Shown one piece after another: positions 10,500-20,391 of a stretch of DNA of 64,000 nucleotides. Both the position numbers and the translations under genes were made by a program. This DNA is from a virus. The notes below the pieces were generated by a model that saw nothing but the letters and a program-made list of their open reading frames with translations, had not been told where the DNA came from and ran no database searches. The stretch lies in IMG/VR virus record IMGVR_UViG_3300006735_000025, positions 10,240 through 74,239 of that record; one strand, given 5' to 3'. Numbering within the stretch: position 1 is the stretch's first letter; each line of letters begins with the position of its first letter.

Positions 10500-11441
10500 T
10501 TAACTAACTATTGTACCAAATTGTTTACTGAAATCTATCTGGTTACCCCTATCCTGTCTAACTTCAAATAATTTTTCATCAAACTGGTCTCTAATTTCAA
10601 ATAAATTGTATTGTTTATAAATGTTATTAACTCCTGATAAATCATACATCGTATAAATTCCATCTTCTATAGATTTAGTTTGATTACCGTATAAACCTAT
10701 AGCTAACGTATCGAAGTCATGGTCAGCCATTTCTACTTCTAACACAACCGGATTAAAGTATGTGTTTGTTATTATAATTTTTTGTCCTGCTTTTCCAATA
10801 TCTGGTAATGCATTTGGTTGATTAGTAGGTGCACTACTAGGTGATAATGTTAAAAATACCAAATTAGAAGGTGAATCAGTATAAGCGTATCTTGGTGATA
10901 CTTTATTTGGATTTGCCGCTGTATTCATTAATTTTTCACAATAAAAACTAGATGTTACAATCCTAAAAAAGTTAGGAATTTTGGTACCCGCTAAATTAGA
11001 TTGTATATTATCGGAATTCATATATTCTACTCTGTAACCTACTAGACCCATATTTACAAATCTATTTTTAAACTGTGAAGGTACTTTAGTTAAATCAATA
11101 ACCAAACCTTTTACGTTTGGTAATGCTGCTAATATACCACAATCTAAAATTTCTGTTCTTATTTCTACTGGTCTTATATATACCGTGTAAAAACCTTTAC
11201 TGTTAAACACATTAGATGGTAGTGTTAGTTGGTATAGACCACCTAAAATTGTTGTTCCAGCGACAGCTCCATTTGTCGCTGTTGTATTATTGTGTACATG
11301 GTATGTTAAAACCGAGGTTGGTAGGGTACCTAATGTAAAACTACTATTAGCGTCTCTTGTAGCTTGGTAGTGATATAATATCTCCACATCGTTAGGTGAT
11401 ACGTCTGCTGGTCTTTTAATTCCATAATTTCCTAATGCCAT
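10500..11441 (-). CDS. Hypothetical structural protein (313 aa)
   Basis: Tightly packed ORF in the tail operon with no recognisable motif. Confidence 0.55.
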   Translation of the reverse strand: MALGNYGIKRPADVSPNDVEILYHYQATRDANSSFTLGTLPTSVLTYHVHNNTTATNGAVAGTTILGGLYQLTLPSNVFNSKGFYTVYIRPVEIRTEILDCGILAALPNVKGLVIDLTKVPSQFKNRFVNMGLVGYRVEYMNSDNIQSNLAGTKIPNFFRIVTSSFYCEKLMNTAANPNKVSPRYAYTDSPSNLVFLTLSPSSAPTNQPNALPDIGKAGQKIIITNTYFNPVVLEVEMADHDFDTLAIGLYGNQTKSIEDGIYTMYDLSGVNNIYKQYNLFEIRDQFDEKLFEVRQDRGNQIDFSKQFGTIVS

Positions 11442-11445
11442 ATTT

Positions 11446-14400
11446 CTATTCTTGTATTAAAATGTTATAATATCCGTAACCGTGAAGTTCTAATTCTCCG
11501 ATTGTTGATACTTGTGCTAATCTTTGAGGTCTTTCAAAAACAGAAACTTTTCCTCTTTCAATAAATACATCTGAGTATGTTTCTGGTTTCTGAACTACGT
11601 TCATCATAAACTCTTCTTTTGTTAATCTTGGTAAACACCCAAATCTTGGTTCTGGTGGGTATATACACGGAGGACAATGAACTGTCGCGTTTGGGTTGTA
11701 GTTCAATGCTGTAGGGTCCATACAACCACAAGGTTCGTCTGGCGTACAACCATCTTTTTGTGATGCTCCTAATATTTCATTATGTGGTGGAACAGCTGTA
11801 GCATCTACTGGTAATGTTGTTACTATACCAACAGAATTATTTACTGTTAGGGTTGAGTTATCAAATTCATAAATTTCCCCACCAGTTAGATTTTGTTGGA
11901 TTCCGTACCATTGTGGGTTTCCAGCTACTGTCCATCTAAATAAACCAAAGAACCCAGATATTCCGGTATCATTAGAAATTAATTCGTACCAATTAGTTGG
12001 GTTACCTAGACTGTCTCCCATTTGTGCACCTACACCAGCATTTAAACTAAATTTACCAATTAATTTACCAGTAACATCTGGTGCGTGAAAATAAGTTATA
12101 GTTAAATCGCCAGTATTAGTATCTATAACCACATCACCAGTAGATTCAGCTTGAGACGTTGCAAACCCTGGATTAACACCCGGAAAGGTTGGACTAGGTA
12201 ACTTAAATAGTTCTTGAGCTACACCTACTGGACCACTAATATCTATTTCTAAAACTACATCACTAACAGATATTAAAGTGGTTACATCTTTAGCAACCAA
12301 AGCATTACCTATCGTTTTAAAAATATTACCAGCTAAATCAATCGTTGGGATACCATGGGTTTGACAAATATCTGTGATATCTATGTCCCTATTGTACGTT
12401 GGGTTTATAGCTCCAGCTGGTTGATTTGGTATTGGGGACCCAACATTAAATGGGTTTATTGTAATATCATATTCTCTAATAATACCTTTTGGTAATCCAC
12501 TGTTTGGACCCACTGTTTCCAACTGTACTTGACCATAATTAGCCGATAAAGGGTCTATATCTAGAGCTCTACAAGTGTATAACCATATTTTGTTTTGTTC
12601 TGGTACTGTACCTGGAACCAAAGCGTTAGCTATATCCCAAGAACCAGTACCACTCTGCCACCCTAAACTGTAACCAGCCCCACCAAATGGTGATAAACTA
12701 TCTCCGTTGGGTAATGTATTTTCATTAAATTGGTCGTCATGAAATAAGAAAGTTAAGTTATTAGGTGCTGTATCTGGTGGTCCATAAAAATAAACATTAC
12801 CTTGTCTATCGTTTACGAATACAGCACATTCTTCTAACTCTGCTTGTGTACAAATAGTGTTACAATCAGCTAGTGCGTTGGCACAAGGATAACCAGTACC
12901 TGGACCACAAGGGCCAAAAACGTTAGGGTCACTAGTTGGGAAATAGGGTTGTACTAGTGGTGACGCGTATAAGTCTATACAACAATCAACCCCAGGTGTA
13001 CAACCTGGATTATTACTTAAATTACAATACCACCCACCATCACAAGTACAGTAGTTCTCATAAGGCATCCCTTGTTCTTCAGCGAGTGGGTCGTAAGAAC
13101 AAGAAATACAGTCAATACCTGGTGTACAACCTGGTGGAAAATTACTATTAAAAGAAATACCACTACCAGCTTGTGGACACAAATGTAAACCATTAGGACA
13201 TTGTGCTGTTGGTGTTGGGTCTACAAGTATTGTGGTACCATCAACACAACACCCATCGTCCATACACCCAACGACTGGAGCGTCTATACAGTTATCTGGA
13301 ACACAAGGACCAGTTAATTGAGCTGGAGTATATATAAGAGTTGGGTCATGACAAGACTCTCCATAGTTTAACGCTGTTGGGTCATCACAACCAAAATATT
13401 CACAACATTGTGTACCATCTAAAGTTGGGTAAATACAACCGTTAGCTCCTGGAGTATGATTACTAGCTGTTGGGTCGGTACATCCAACATAAAAACAATC
13501 ATTATTTGGTGATGGTGGGATTTCATTAGTAAAACAACTACTAACAGCTGGATTTACTAATATACCACCAGTAGCTGGTATAACTGTATTACCAAAACAA
13601 TCTAAAGTATTGTTTGCAACGCAACCAATAGGTCCTGGGTCACCGTTTGGTAATGGTGTACTAATGTCACAGGGAACCGTTATTGAATCATTACATCCGG
13701 GATATTGACAACAACTAGTATCTGTAGGTCCACCAGAAACCCAAGAACCATTACTCCAAGTACCACAACCATCATTGTTTGTTGGGTCATAATTAAGTGC
13801 TGAGGAATCTGGACATCCTGGATAAATACAACAACCACTATCTAGATTTGGGTTTTGTCCGTAAACTGTAGGTATGTGTATGTTATTACAATCATAATAT
13901 TGATTTATAGCATTTGGGTCTAAACAACCATAAAGATTTTCAACACAAGTTTCACAATCTGTTTCAACTATATTAGTTGGTGTTCCGGCTATTGCCATCC
14001 ACATAAGTTCGTCATGTTCTATTACATAACCAGCAGCTCTATTATTTATAGTACCATCCATAAATTGACTTGGGCATGCTATTGTTGTGTTATCCCAATC
14101 ATTTTGATTATCTACAATTTTTAAAATTTCCACACAACAATCCAATTGACCATTACCCGTAGTATTACTAACGATTAACCATTGTGCTCCTGGACCTGTT
14201 TGAGTAAAATCTATATTAGGCATTGCGGTGTAAAATTCACCTAAAGCACACTCACATGGTTGAGTACCGGTATTAGGTATAACACTATCCGTACCAAACC
14301 CACAAGTATTAAAACCATTAGACGTAGCGGTTGGACCGGGACATCCATTCCAATTAGGGTTTACCGTACCATCATTTAAAAATTCATGAGGATAATCCCA

Positions 14401-14637
14401 AAACATTTGACCTAACATGCCAAAACAAGCGTGAGGTAAATAATAAGCTCCTGGAAAAAAATGGTTAGCTACATCACCTTCTGCTGGACAACAATTACCC
14501 AAACCACATATAAGAGGGTCGTTAACTTGATTATAACCATACACAACCCTACCCACCATACCAACAAATTGTCCTGTTGGGTTTCCTGAGGCGTCTTGTT
14601 TTTCAAATTTTACTAATTCCCAAGTTGCTACTGACAT
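11446..14637 (-). CDS. Cys-rich repeat virion protein (1063 aa)
   Basis: Repeated GCxDPxAxNY units (GCLDPNAINQY, GCPDSSALNYD, GCTDPTASNH, GCDDPTALNY, GCMDPTALNYN) and a beta-rich C-terminal half. Confidence 0.7.
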   Translation of the reverse strand: MSVATWELVKFEKQDASGNPTGQFVGMVGRVVYGYNQVNDPLICGLGNCCPAEGDVANHFFPGAYYLPHACFGMLGQMFWDYPHEFLNDGTVNPNWNGCPGPTATSNGFNTCGFGTDSVIPNTGTQPCECALGEFYTAMPNIDFTQTGPGAQWLIVSNTTGNGQLDCCVEILKIVDNQNDWDNTTIACPSQFMDGTINNRAAGYVIEHDELMWMAIAGTPTNIVETDCETCVENLYGCLDPNAINQYYDCNNIHIPTVYGQNPNLDSGCCIYPGCPDSSALNYDPTNNDGCGTWSNGSWVSGGPTDTSCCQYPGCNDSITVPCDISTPLPNGDPGPIGCVANNTLDCFGNTVIPATGGILVNPAVSSCFTNEIPPSPNNDCFYVGCTDPTASNHTPGANGCIYPTLDGTQCCEYFGCDDPTALNYGESCHDPTLIYTPAQLTGPCVPDNCIDAPVVGCMDDGCCVDGTTILVDPTPTAQCPNGLHLCPQAGSGISFNSNFPPGCTPGIDCISCSYDPLAEEQGMPYENYCTCDGGWYCNLSNNPGCTPGVDCCIDLYASPLVQPYFPTSDPNVFGPCGPGTGYPCANALADCNTICTQAELEECAVFVNDRQGNVYFYGPPDTAPNNLTFLFHDDQFNENTLPNGDSLSPFGGAGYSLGWQSGTGSWDIANALVPGTVPEQNKIWLYTCRALDIDPLSANYGQVQLETVGPNSGLPKGIIREYDITINPFNVGSPIPNQPAGAINPTYNRDIDITDICQTHGIPTIDLAGNIFKTIGNALVAKDVTTLISVSDVVLEIDISGPVGVAQELFKLPSPTFPGVNPGFATSQAESTGDVVIDTNTGDLTITYFHAPDVTGKLIGKFSLNAGVGAQMGDSLGNPTNWYELISNDTGISGFFGLFRWTVAGNPQWYGIQQNLTGGEIYEFDNSTLTVNNSVGIVTTLPVDATAVPPHNEILGASQKDGCTPDEPCGCMDPTALNYNPNATVHCPPCIYPPEPRFGCLPRLTKEEFMMNVVQKPETYSDVFIERGKVSVFERPQRLAQVSTIGELELHGYGYYNILIQE

Positions 14638-14649
14638 ATATTTTTTATT

Positions 14650-17600
14650 TTATCCATCGCATGGTTCCCAACAAGTTTGTGACATATATCTAGATTGTCC
14701 AGCTACTGTTGGTACTGACATGTTTATTATTGGTGGATTATCACAACTAGGTGCACTTAAATCAGTACAAGGGTGATAAGTTCCACTTCCATAAGCTGAA
14801 GATTCACATACAGCTATTACAGTTGGGTCACCACAATCATAAGTTGTTGGTGGTACACCTACTGTTATTACACCCATAGTAGGGTCACATATTGGGTATG
14901 GTTTATACCAATACTTAAATAGTGAATCGTTTTGTGAATTAGTATATAGGGTTCCAATTACTACATCAAAAGCGTTGTAACTATCCGAAGAACTATATTG
15001 TCTAAAAGGCCATTCAGTAAACCCTTCATTAACTAATGAATTACAAGGTCCACAACCACCACCACAAAGAGCACTAAGATTTCCATTACATTGACCTTGA
15101 CTTACATTTTGACAACCTTGTATAGGCATATCATTTGCAAAGTTCCAATCAATACATGAACCTGGATATGGTGTACCATTTGCTACGTGATTAGGGTTAA
15201 TACATGTTGTATCACTTTGTAAAACTTGTGTACAATTACCACCCATACAAACATACGTGTCTGGTTCAAAACAATTATCATTACAGCCAGGTATATTTAT
15301 TAGTCCACCACCATCCCAATATTCTAAACCTCCACTTGGTAGTGTAGTGTCAGAACAAAAATCACCAATACTACCACTAGTCACAGAGTTTGGTCCGGAA
15401 CAATTTCCATTACCATCACAATCCCAAGTCACACAATTATCTTCACAGTCCGATGCTGTAGCAAAACCACCAGCTGGCCCGTTATTTATACCAACACAAG
15501 CTTGACCACCAAACTGTCCAGTACCTAAATCAACAATACTTTCACTAGTTACAGTAAGTCCTAAAGTACAACGACAATACCACTCTAAAACACTAGAACC
15601 ACAACCATTTAACTCACAAGTTGTTTTATCAACATAAGGACCTTGTAAAGGTATTACAGCATTAACTGGTGGTGAACTACCCTGTACAACAGCTTCACAA
15701 CCTTGACCTGATGGGTTTGTTGGTGTTATACCCACATCGGAACAATACCACTCATATACTGTTACGTTTACCGTACAATTAACTTGACATGATGCCAGGT
15801 CTGGATATATACCTGCTGGTGTTGCTTGACATTGTGCTCCACCCGAACCATCTGGTACACAATTATATCTAGTTGTAACATTTGCACAAATCCCAGCTTG
15901 TACATCAGCATTACAATCTGCTAGTGCACTTACACCCACATAATCAGCTGTAGCCCAACCTAGTGATGATGGGGAAACTGGAGTACAAACACCATTATTA
16001 CAATTATAATGAATTGGGTCTGATGTGGTTGGTAGACAAGGGTCGGTTACACAAGCCGTAAGTGCGTCAGCTGTGGTAGCTCCTTGGAATGGTGCTGTAG
16101 GATAATAAGTACTTGTTGGTGATATCAGTACACATGTACCATCTATACAATCATACCTACTAGGTAACTGATTAGATAGTGGACATGACCCATAACACAA
16201 CCTCCAAAATGGAGATGTTAAATCTAATGGGTCTGGAGTTGTACCCATAGGTACACTACTAATAGCAAAATAACAACAACCATCATGAAAAACAAAATCT
16301 GTTGGTTCATATTCCTCATCTACATCCCAAACTCCTCTATCGTTAAAAACATCTTGTTGTGTCCAATTTCCCCCATCATTATATACTTGAACGGCATTAC
16401 AAACATCACAAGCACCTTGTATTGAATACCCACACTCCCTTAAAAGATAATCCTCTGGGTTCATACCATATGACAACGTATCAAAAATTGTTTCACCATT
16501 TATATAATCAAACATTGTAAAAGTTTGAGTCCCATTTGTTATAGTATAAGCTGTGTATTGTGAGGTAAAACTATCAACCCAACCTTCCATACTATCAACA
16601 TATGTTCCGTCTGGTAATTGTGTTTGACCGTTAACACTAATAACATTACCAACTACATACCCTGGAGGTAGTCCTGGTGTTGATGCTGGGTTATAGGATT
16701 GTAAAGAAGATAACATACTATCAGTAAATCCTTGTACTGGGTACGGTGTTACTGTGTAATTAGAAGTAACATACCCATTTATTTCTAAACCACTATCTAA
16801 TGGTCCCCAATCAGAAGTTTCATAATCCATACTAACTGGAGTACTAAAACCAGGTGGTGTAAAAGTATATGTTTGTCCTGTATTTGTAACAGCTGCCCAT
16901 ATATTAGCTCCTGTTTGAAATGGAACCGATATAGAATGTGATGTAGATGTTACACCCCAAGGTGCTGTCATTTGTACATTAACAATATAAGTACCTGGGT
17001 TAGTATAAGTATTAAAAGCTGTATCCATCGGAGCTGTTAAAGTTTGGATTGGACTTACCCCATCACCCCAATCAATAGTATATTCTATATTTTCTAAAAA
17101 TTTAAAAAATTTAAAATCCGTAGTGTTTAATAAACTTACTGTCATTGGGTTTAACAAATCTCCCGTTACCACAAAATTAGAAAAAGTATCCTGTTGGTCC
17201 ATATTACCATCCCACATTGTATAATGACCTATATCGTTAATATCTTGTTCTAAAAATATTGTTAGTTTATTTGATGTTGAGGGTTTTTCAGTTCTATTAC
17301 AACACTTTTCACACCAAGTACGTGACATAGATTGGTCAGCGACAGTATTAAATCTAAAAGTTCGACTAGGAAATCTTTGTTGGAAGGAATTCCCCGTACC
17401 TCTACATCGTATACAGTACCTAGTTTGTTCTTCAACACTTAATGCGTAAAATTCTGAACATGGGTCTTCTATTAAACCACAACAACTTTCATTTTGATTA
17501 GGACAACAAGGATTTACCAAACCATTATAACAATCTAAACAAGCATTCATTACAACCATAGAATCACCCAAGGCTTCACAAGGTGTACAATCTAATGGTG

Positions 17601-17706
17601 GTGGCGTTACACCTCTAGTGGGTGTAATGAGTTTTTTATCCTCACACCCTTTTGTTTCAGAACCTGGTATATTACCAGTCCATATTCTATATTTGTATAT
17701 TTCCAT
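14650..17706 (-). CDS. PKD-like domain plus Cys-rich repeat virion protein (1018 aa)
   Basis: YTIDWGDG...NTYTNPGTYIVNV is PKD-like. VWDVDEEYEPTDFVFHDGCCY resembles a CBM5/12-type module. Repeated [YW]-x-C...C units. Confidence 0.7.
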   Translation of the reverse strand: MEIYKYRIWTGNIPGSETKGCEDKKLITPTRGVTPPPLDCTPCEALGDSMVVMNACLDCYNGLVNPCCPNQNESCCGLIEDPCSEFYALSVEEQTRYCIRCRGTGNSFQQRFPSRTFRFNTVADQSMSRTWCEKCCNRTEKPSTSNKLTIFLEQDINDIGHYTMWDGNMDQQDTFSNFVVTGDLLNPMTVSLLNTTDFKFFKFLENIEYTIDWGDGVSPIQTLTAPMDTAFNTYTNPGTYIVNVQMTAPWGVTSTSHSISVPFQTGANIWAAVTNTGQTYTFTPPGFSTPVSMDYETSDWGPLDSGLEINGYVTSNYTVTPYPVQGFTDSMLSSLQSYNPASTPGLPPGYVVGNVISVNGQTQLPDGTYVDSMEGWVDSFTSQYTAYTITNGTQTFTMFDYINGETIFDTLSYGMNPEDYLLRECGYSIQGACDVCNAVQVYNDGGNWTQQDVFNDRGVWDVDEEYEPTDFVFHDGCCYFAISSVPMGTTPDPLDLTSPFWRLCYGSCPLSNQLPSRYDCIDGTCVLISPTSTYYPTAPFQGATTADALTACVTDPCLPTTSDPIHYNCNNGVCTPVSPSSLGWATADYVGVSALADCNADVQAGICANVTTRYNCVPDGSGGAQCQATPAGIYPDLASCQVNCTVNVTVYEWYCSDVGITPTNPSGQGCEAVVQGSSPPVNAVIPLQGPYVDKTTCELNGCGSSVLEWYCRCTLGLTVTSESIVDLGTGQFGGQACVGINNGPAGGFATASDCEDNCVTWDCDGNGNCSGPNSVTSGSIGDFCSDTTLPSGGLEYWDGGGLINIPGCNDNCFEPDTYVCMGGNCTQVLQSDTTCINPNHVANGTPYPGSCIDWNFANDMPIQGCQNVSQGQCNGNLSALCGGGCGPCNSLVNEGFTEWPFRQYSSSDSYNAFDVVIGTLYTNSQNDSLFKYWYKPYPICDPTMGVITVGVPPTTYDCGDPTVIAVCESSAYGSGTYHPCTDLSAPSCDNPPIINMSVPTVAGQSRYMSQTCWEPCDG

Positions 17707-18680
17707 TATGGGTTTATATATTCATAAAAACTTATTGCTTGACCTCCCGGTCCAGCACCGACTTGTGGGCCTATACCGTTATTAGCAGAATATAGTGTGG
17801 TATCAAATTCGTTAAATACGTATGTAAAATCTATTGGGTCAAATATTAACTGGTAATAAAAATAATCTGGAGCACTTAAATCATAAGTGTTAGCTGGTTG
17901 TATTTTATTAATAAATTTATGCACTTTACCTGTTTCAGCGTTAAAAAACTTACATGTCATGTAAAAAACATTATATTTTACTAAATCTCTATCTTTTAAC
18001 CATTGTATAAAATAATTTTCAGTTCTTCTACCTACAGCAGCAAATTCAAATAAAGAACCTTCTAATTTTTCATAATAATAAGGACCTAATCCTAAACCAC
18101 CTGTAGTTAAATCCTCTATTTGAGCTTCCCTAAAAGCATTAGGGTCGTAATTTGGATTTACATCTCCGTTTGGTAGTGTAGGTGAATTGTCTATCTCCGC
18201 TAAACAACCTAAGTTTTGTGGTGGACCTGGACATGGAAAATCAGCAAAATTCATACCATTATTAGCTGGATTAACAATTGAAAAGTATAATCTTTGTTGT
18301 TGTGGGTTTGGTGTATCATAAAAATCAAATTTAAAAAAACTTCTAGTGTAGTTTGATTTCCTTCTATTAACGTCCATATGTGATATGCCCACAGCAGCAT
18401 AATCTGGAACATAATCAGCAAAACTACCTGTTGGTATGTTATTAGGTGTTATTTGGAATCCCATTTGGTAATATATCCTATTATTTGGGTCATCGGTTAT
18501 TGGTCTATATCTTGTGGTTTCAAAATCTTGTATTATATTAATATTATCTTGCATTTCTGACCTTTCATATAGAGAAACTAATTGTTCTCTACCTAAAGAT
18601 TCATCAAAATCATTAGAAATAGGTATTGTTATTTTTTTATCCCTATCTTTTTGTAATATTTTAATTCTATTCACAGTCAT
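17706..18680 (-). CDS. Hypothetical structural protein (324 aa)
   Basis: Overlaps both neighbours within the tail operon. Confidence 0.55.
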   Translation of the reverse strand: MTVNRIKILQKDRDKKITIPISNDFDESLGREQLVSLYERSEMQDNINIIQDFETTRYRPITDDPNNRIYYQMGFQITPNNIPTGSFADYVPDYAAVGISHMDVNRRKSNYTRSFFKFDFYDTPNPQQQRLYFSIVNPANNGMNFADFPCPGPPQNLGCLAEIDNSPTLPNGDVNPNYDPNAFREAQIEDLTTGGLGLGPYYYEKLEGSLFEFAAVGRRTENYFIQWLKDRDLVKYNVFYMTCKFFNAETGKVHKFINKIQPANTYDLSAPDYFYYQLIFDPIDFTYVFNEFDTTLYSANNGIGPQVGAGPGGQAISFYEYINP

Positions 18681-20391
18681 CTAGTGTTGGTAATGTTATA
18701 AATGGTAATTCAGTATAATCTTTATCTATTATTATAGGTTTAATATTAAATAGTACATTAGTATGTGGGTAGTGAGCTCCATTAACAAATGGGTAGTCTA
18801 CACCGTTGGTTTCCGACTCATAAAACCCAATAGGTAATATTTCTCGCCACCTAAAAAGACCTTCGTACATAGAAAATGTTGAGTATTCTGAAACGTATTC
18901 GTAATTTTTATGAACATTTATAGCCTCTGATTGTTTTCTTATTGGTACCCTATGGTGTGGTTGGTAGTAGTATCCTCCTTTTATTTCTTCACCTGGACCA
19001 CCATCTCTATCATAAAAAGAAAACCCATCTGTGTCTACACTATTAAAAGTTAATTTATGATAAGCTTCTGACAATACTCTTTCTTTCAATTCCCACTCAT
19101 TATACTCAACAAAAGCACCAGCAAATGTATCACCACTCTGTGGTAAATTCCAAGGTGTTGTTAAATTAGCTTCTATATTATTATTAGGGTAAGGGTCCAC
19201 AACACCATTTGGTACAAAATTCCAATCCCAACCAATACCTACAGGGGAACCTTCCTTACTTTTCCACAATCTTGTTTCATTAACAACAAAAACACTAACA
19301 TATAAATCCATTAAAGGTCTTCCTAGATTGTCAGAATAGTCACTAATATCTAAATCGTTATTAAAATTCCATAAAAAAGAAGGGTATTCTTCTTTTACAA
19401 CAACATGCCCTACACCATTAGGTGGTGATTTAACAGCTGGGAAATTTTTTTGTTTTCTAGAGTGTATTCCCAACTCAAAACCTGTTTTATCTAGGTTGTA
19501 ATCTTTTGGTTTAGTTAATATTTCATGTGAATGTACATAGTATTGGGATAGGGTTTCTTCTATGTTTTCTGGGTCTATTAACCTTTTAAATACACCCATA
19601 TCAAAATCTGTAATTGTTACACTACTATCTTGTAACAAAATGTTAAATATCTTTTTTTCACTATCTAAACTACCATCACCAAAAGAAAATACTGGTAATG
19701 TTGTTGTATTATTTAAAGTATTAATAATATTAGTTGGTCCTATTGGTTGTATGTTTACGTTTGATTGTAGTACTATATGTTCTGTTTCTAATAATCCATG
19801 TTCTACAGCACATATAAATTGTACTGCTTTTTTACCTTGTATTTCAACATTTTTACAATAAAAAGGTATTCCATCACCAGATGTGTATTCGATACCAATA
19901 TAATTAGAAGGGGTAAATATTCTATACTCCATAGGGTAATTATCTATTGAGCTTTTAATATAAGATTCGTATATAACCCAATTATTTTGGTACGCGTTAA
20001 TTTCAACATAATTGTGAGCCGAAGTTAAAGCTGTGGAAGGAATAAAACTAAAAAATTGATTTGCTGGGTACCCACAAGCAACCGTATCAGCTGATGTAGA
20101 TGGTACTGGGTCATAATACAACCCTACACCTATAAATGGACCTAAGTCGTAACTGCACCCACTAATTATATTTTGTGTTATAGGATTTATTTTACCGTAT
20201 AGTCTATATGTCGTACTTTCTTCCCTTTCTCTAAAATACTGGTCTTCTAAATTTAACACTAGGTTTCTATTTCCTTGTATTAAAGTTTTATTAGAAGACT
20301 CTAAAGTATATGGCACCCTTAGGTTATTATCTTGTGCACCTACGTATCTTTGTGAACCCCTAACTATTCTTAAAATTTCATTATTTCTCAT
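18667..20391 (-). CDS. Hypothetical structural protein (574 aa)
   Basis: Starts immediately after the upstream TAG stop. Tail operon context. Confidence 0.55.
   Translation of the reverse strand: MRNNEILRIVRGSQRYVGAQDNNLRVPYTLESSNKTLIQGNRNLVLNLEDQYFREREESTTYRLYGKINPITQNIISGCSYDLGPFIGVGLYYDPVPSTSADTVACGYPANQFFSFIPSTALTSAHNYVEINAYQNNWVIYESYIKSSIDNYPMEYRIFTPSNYIGIEYTSGDGIPFYCKNVEIQGKKAVQFICAVEHGLLETEHIVLQSNVNIQPIGPTNIINTLNNTTTLPVFSFGDGSLDSEKKIFNILLQDSSVTITDFDMGVFKRLIDPENIEETLSQYYVHSHEILTKPKDYNLDKTGFELGIHSRKQKNFPAVKSPPNGVGHVVVKEEYPSFLWNFNNDLDISDYSDNLGRPLMDLYVSVFVVNETRLWKSKEGSPVGIGWDWNFVPNGVVDPYPNNNIEANLTTPWNLPQSGDTFAGAFVEYNEWELKERVLSEAYHKLTFNSVDTDGFSFYDRDGGPGEEIKGGYYYQPHHRVPIRKQSEAINVHKNYEYVSEYSTFSMYEGLFRWREILPIGFYESETNGVDYPFVNGAHYPHTNVLFNIKPIIIDKDYTELPFITLPTLDDCE

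Noticed and set aside
11446-17706. Possible diversity-generating retroelement target
   Set aside because: I saw no reverse transcriptase and no near-identical template/variable repeat pair in the window.
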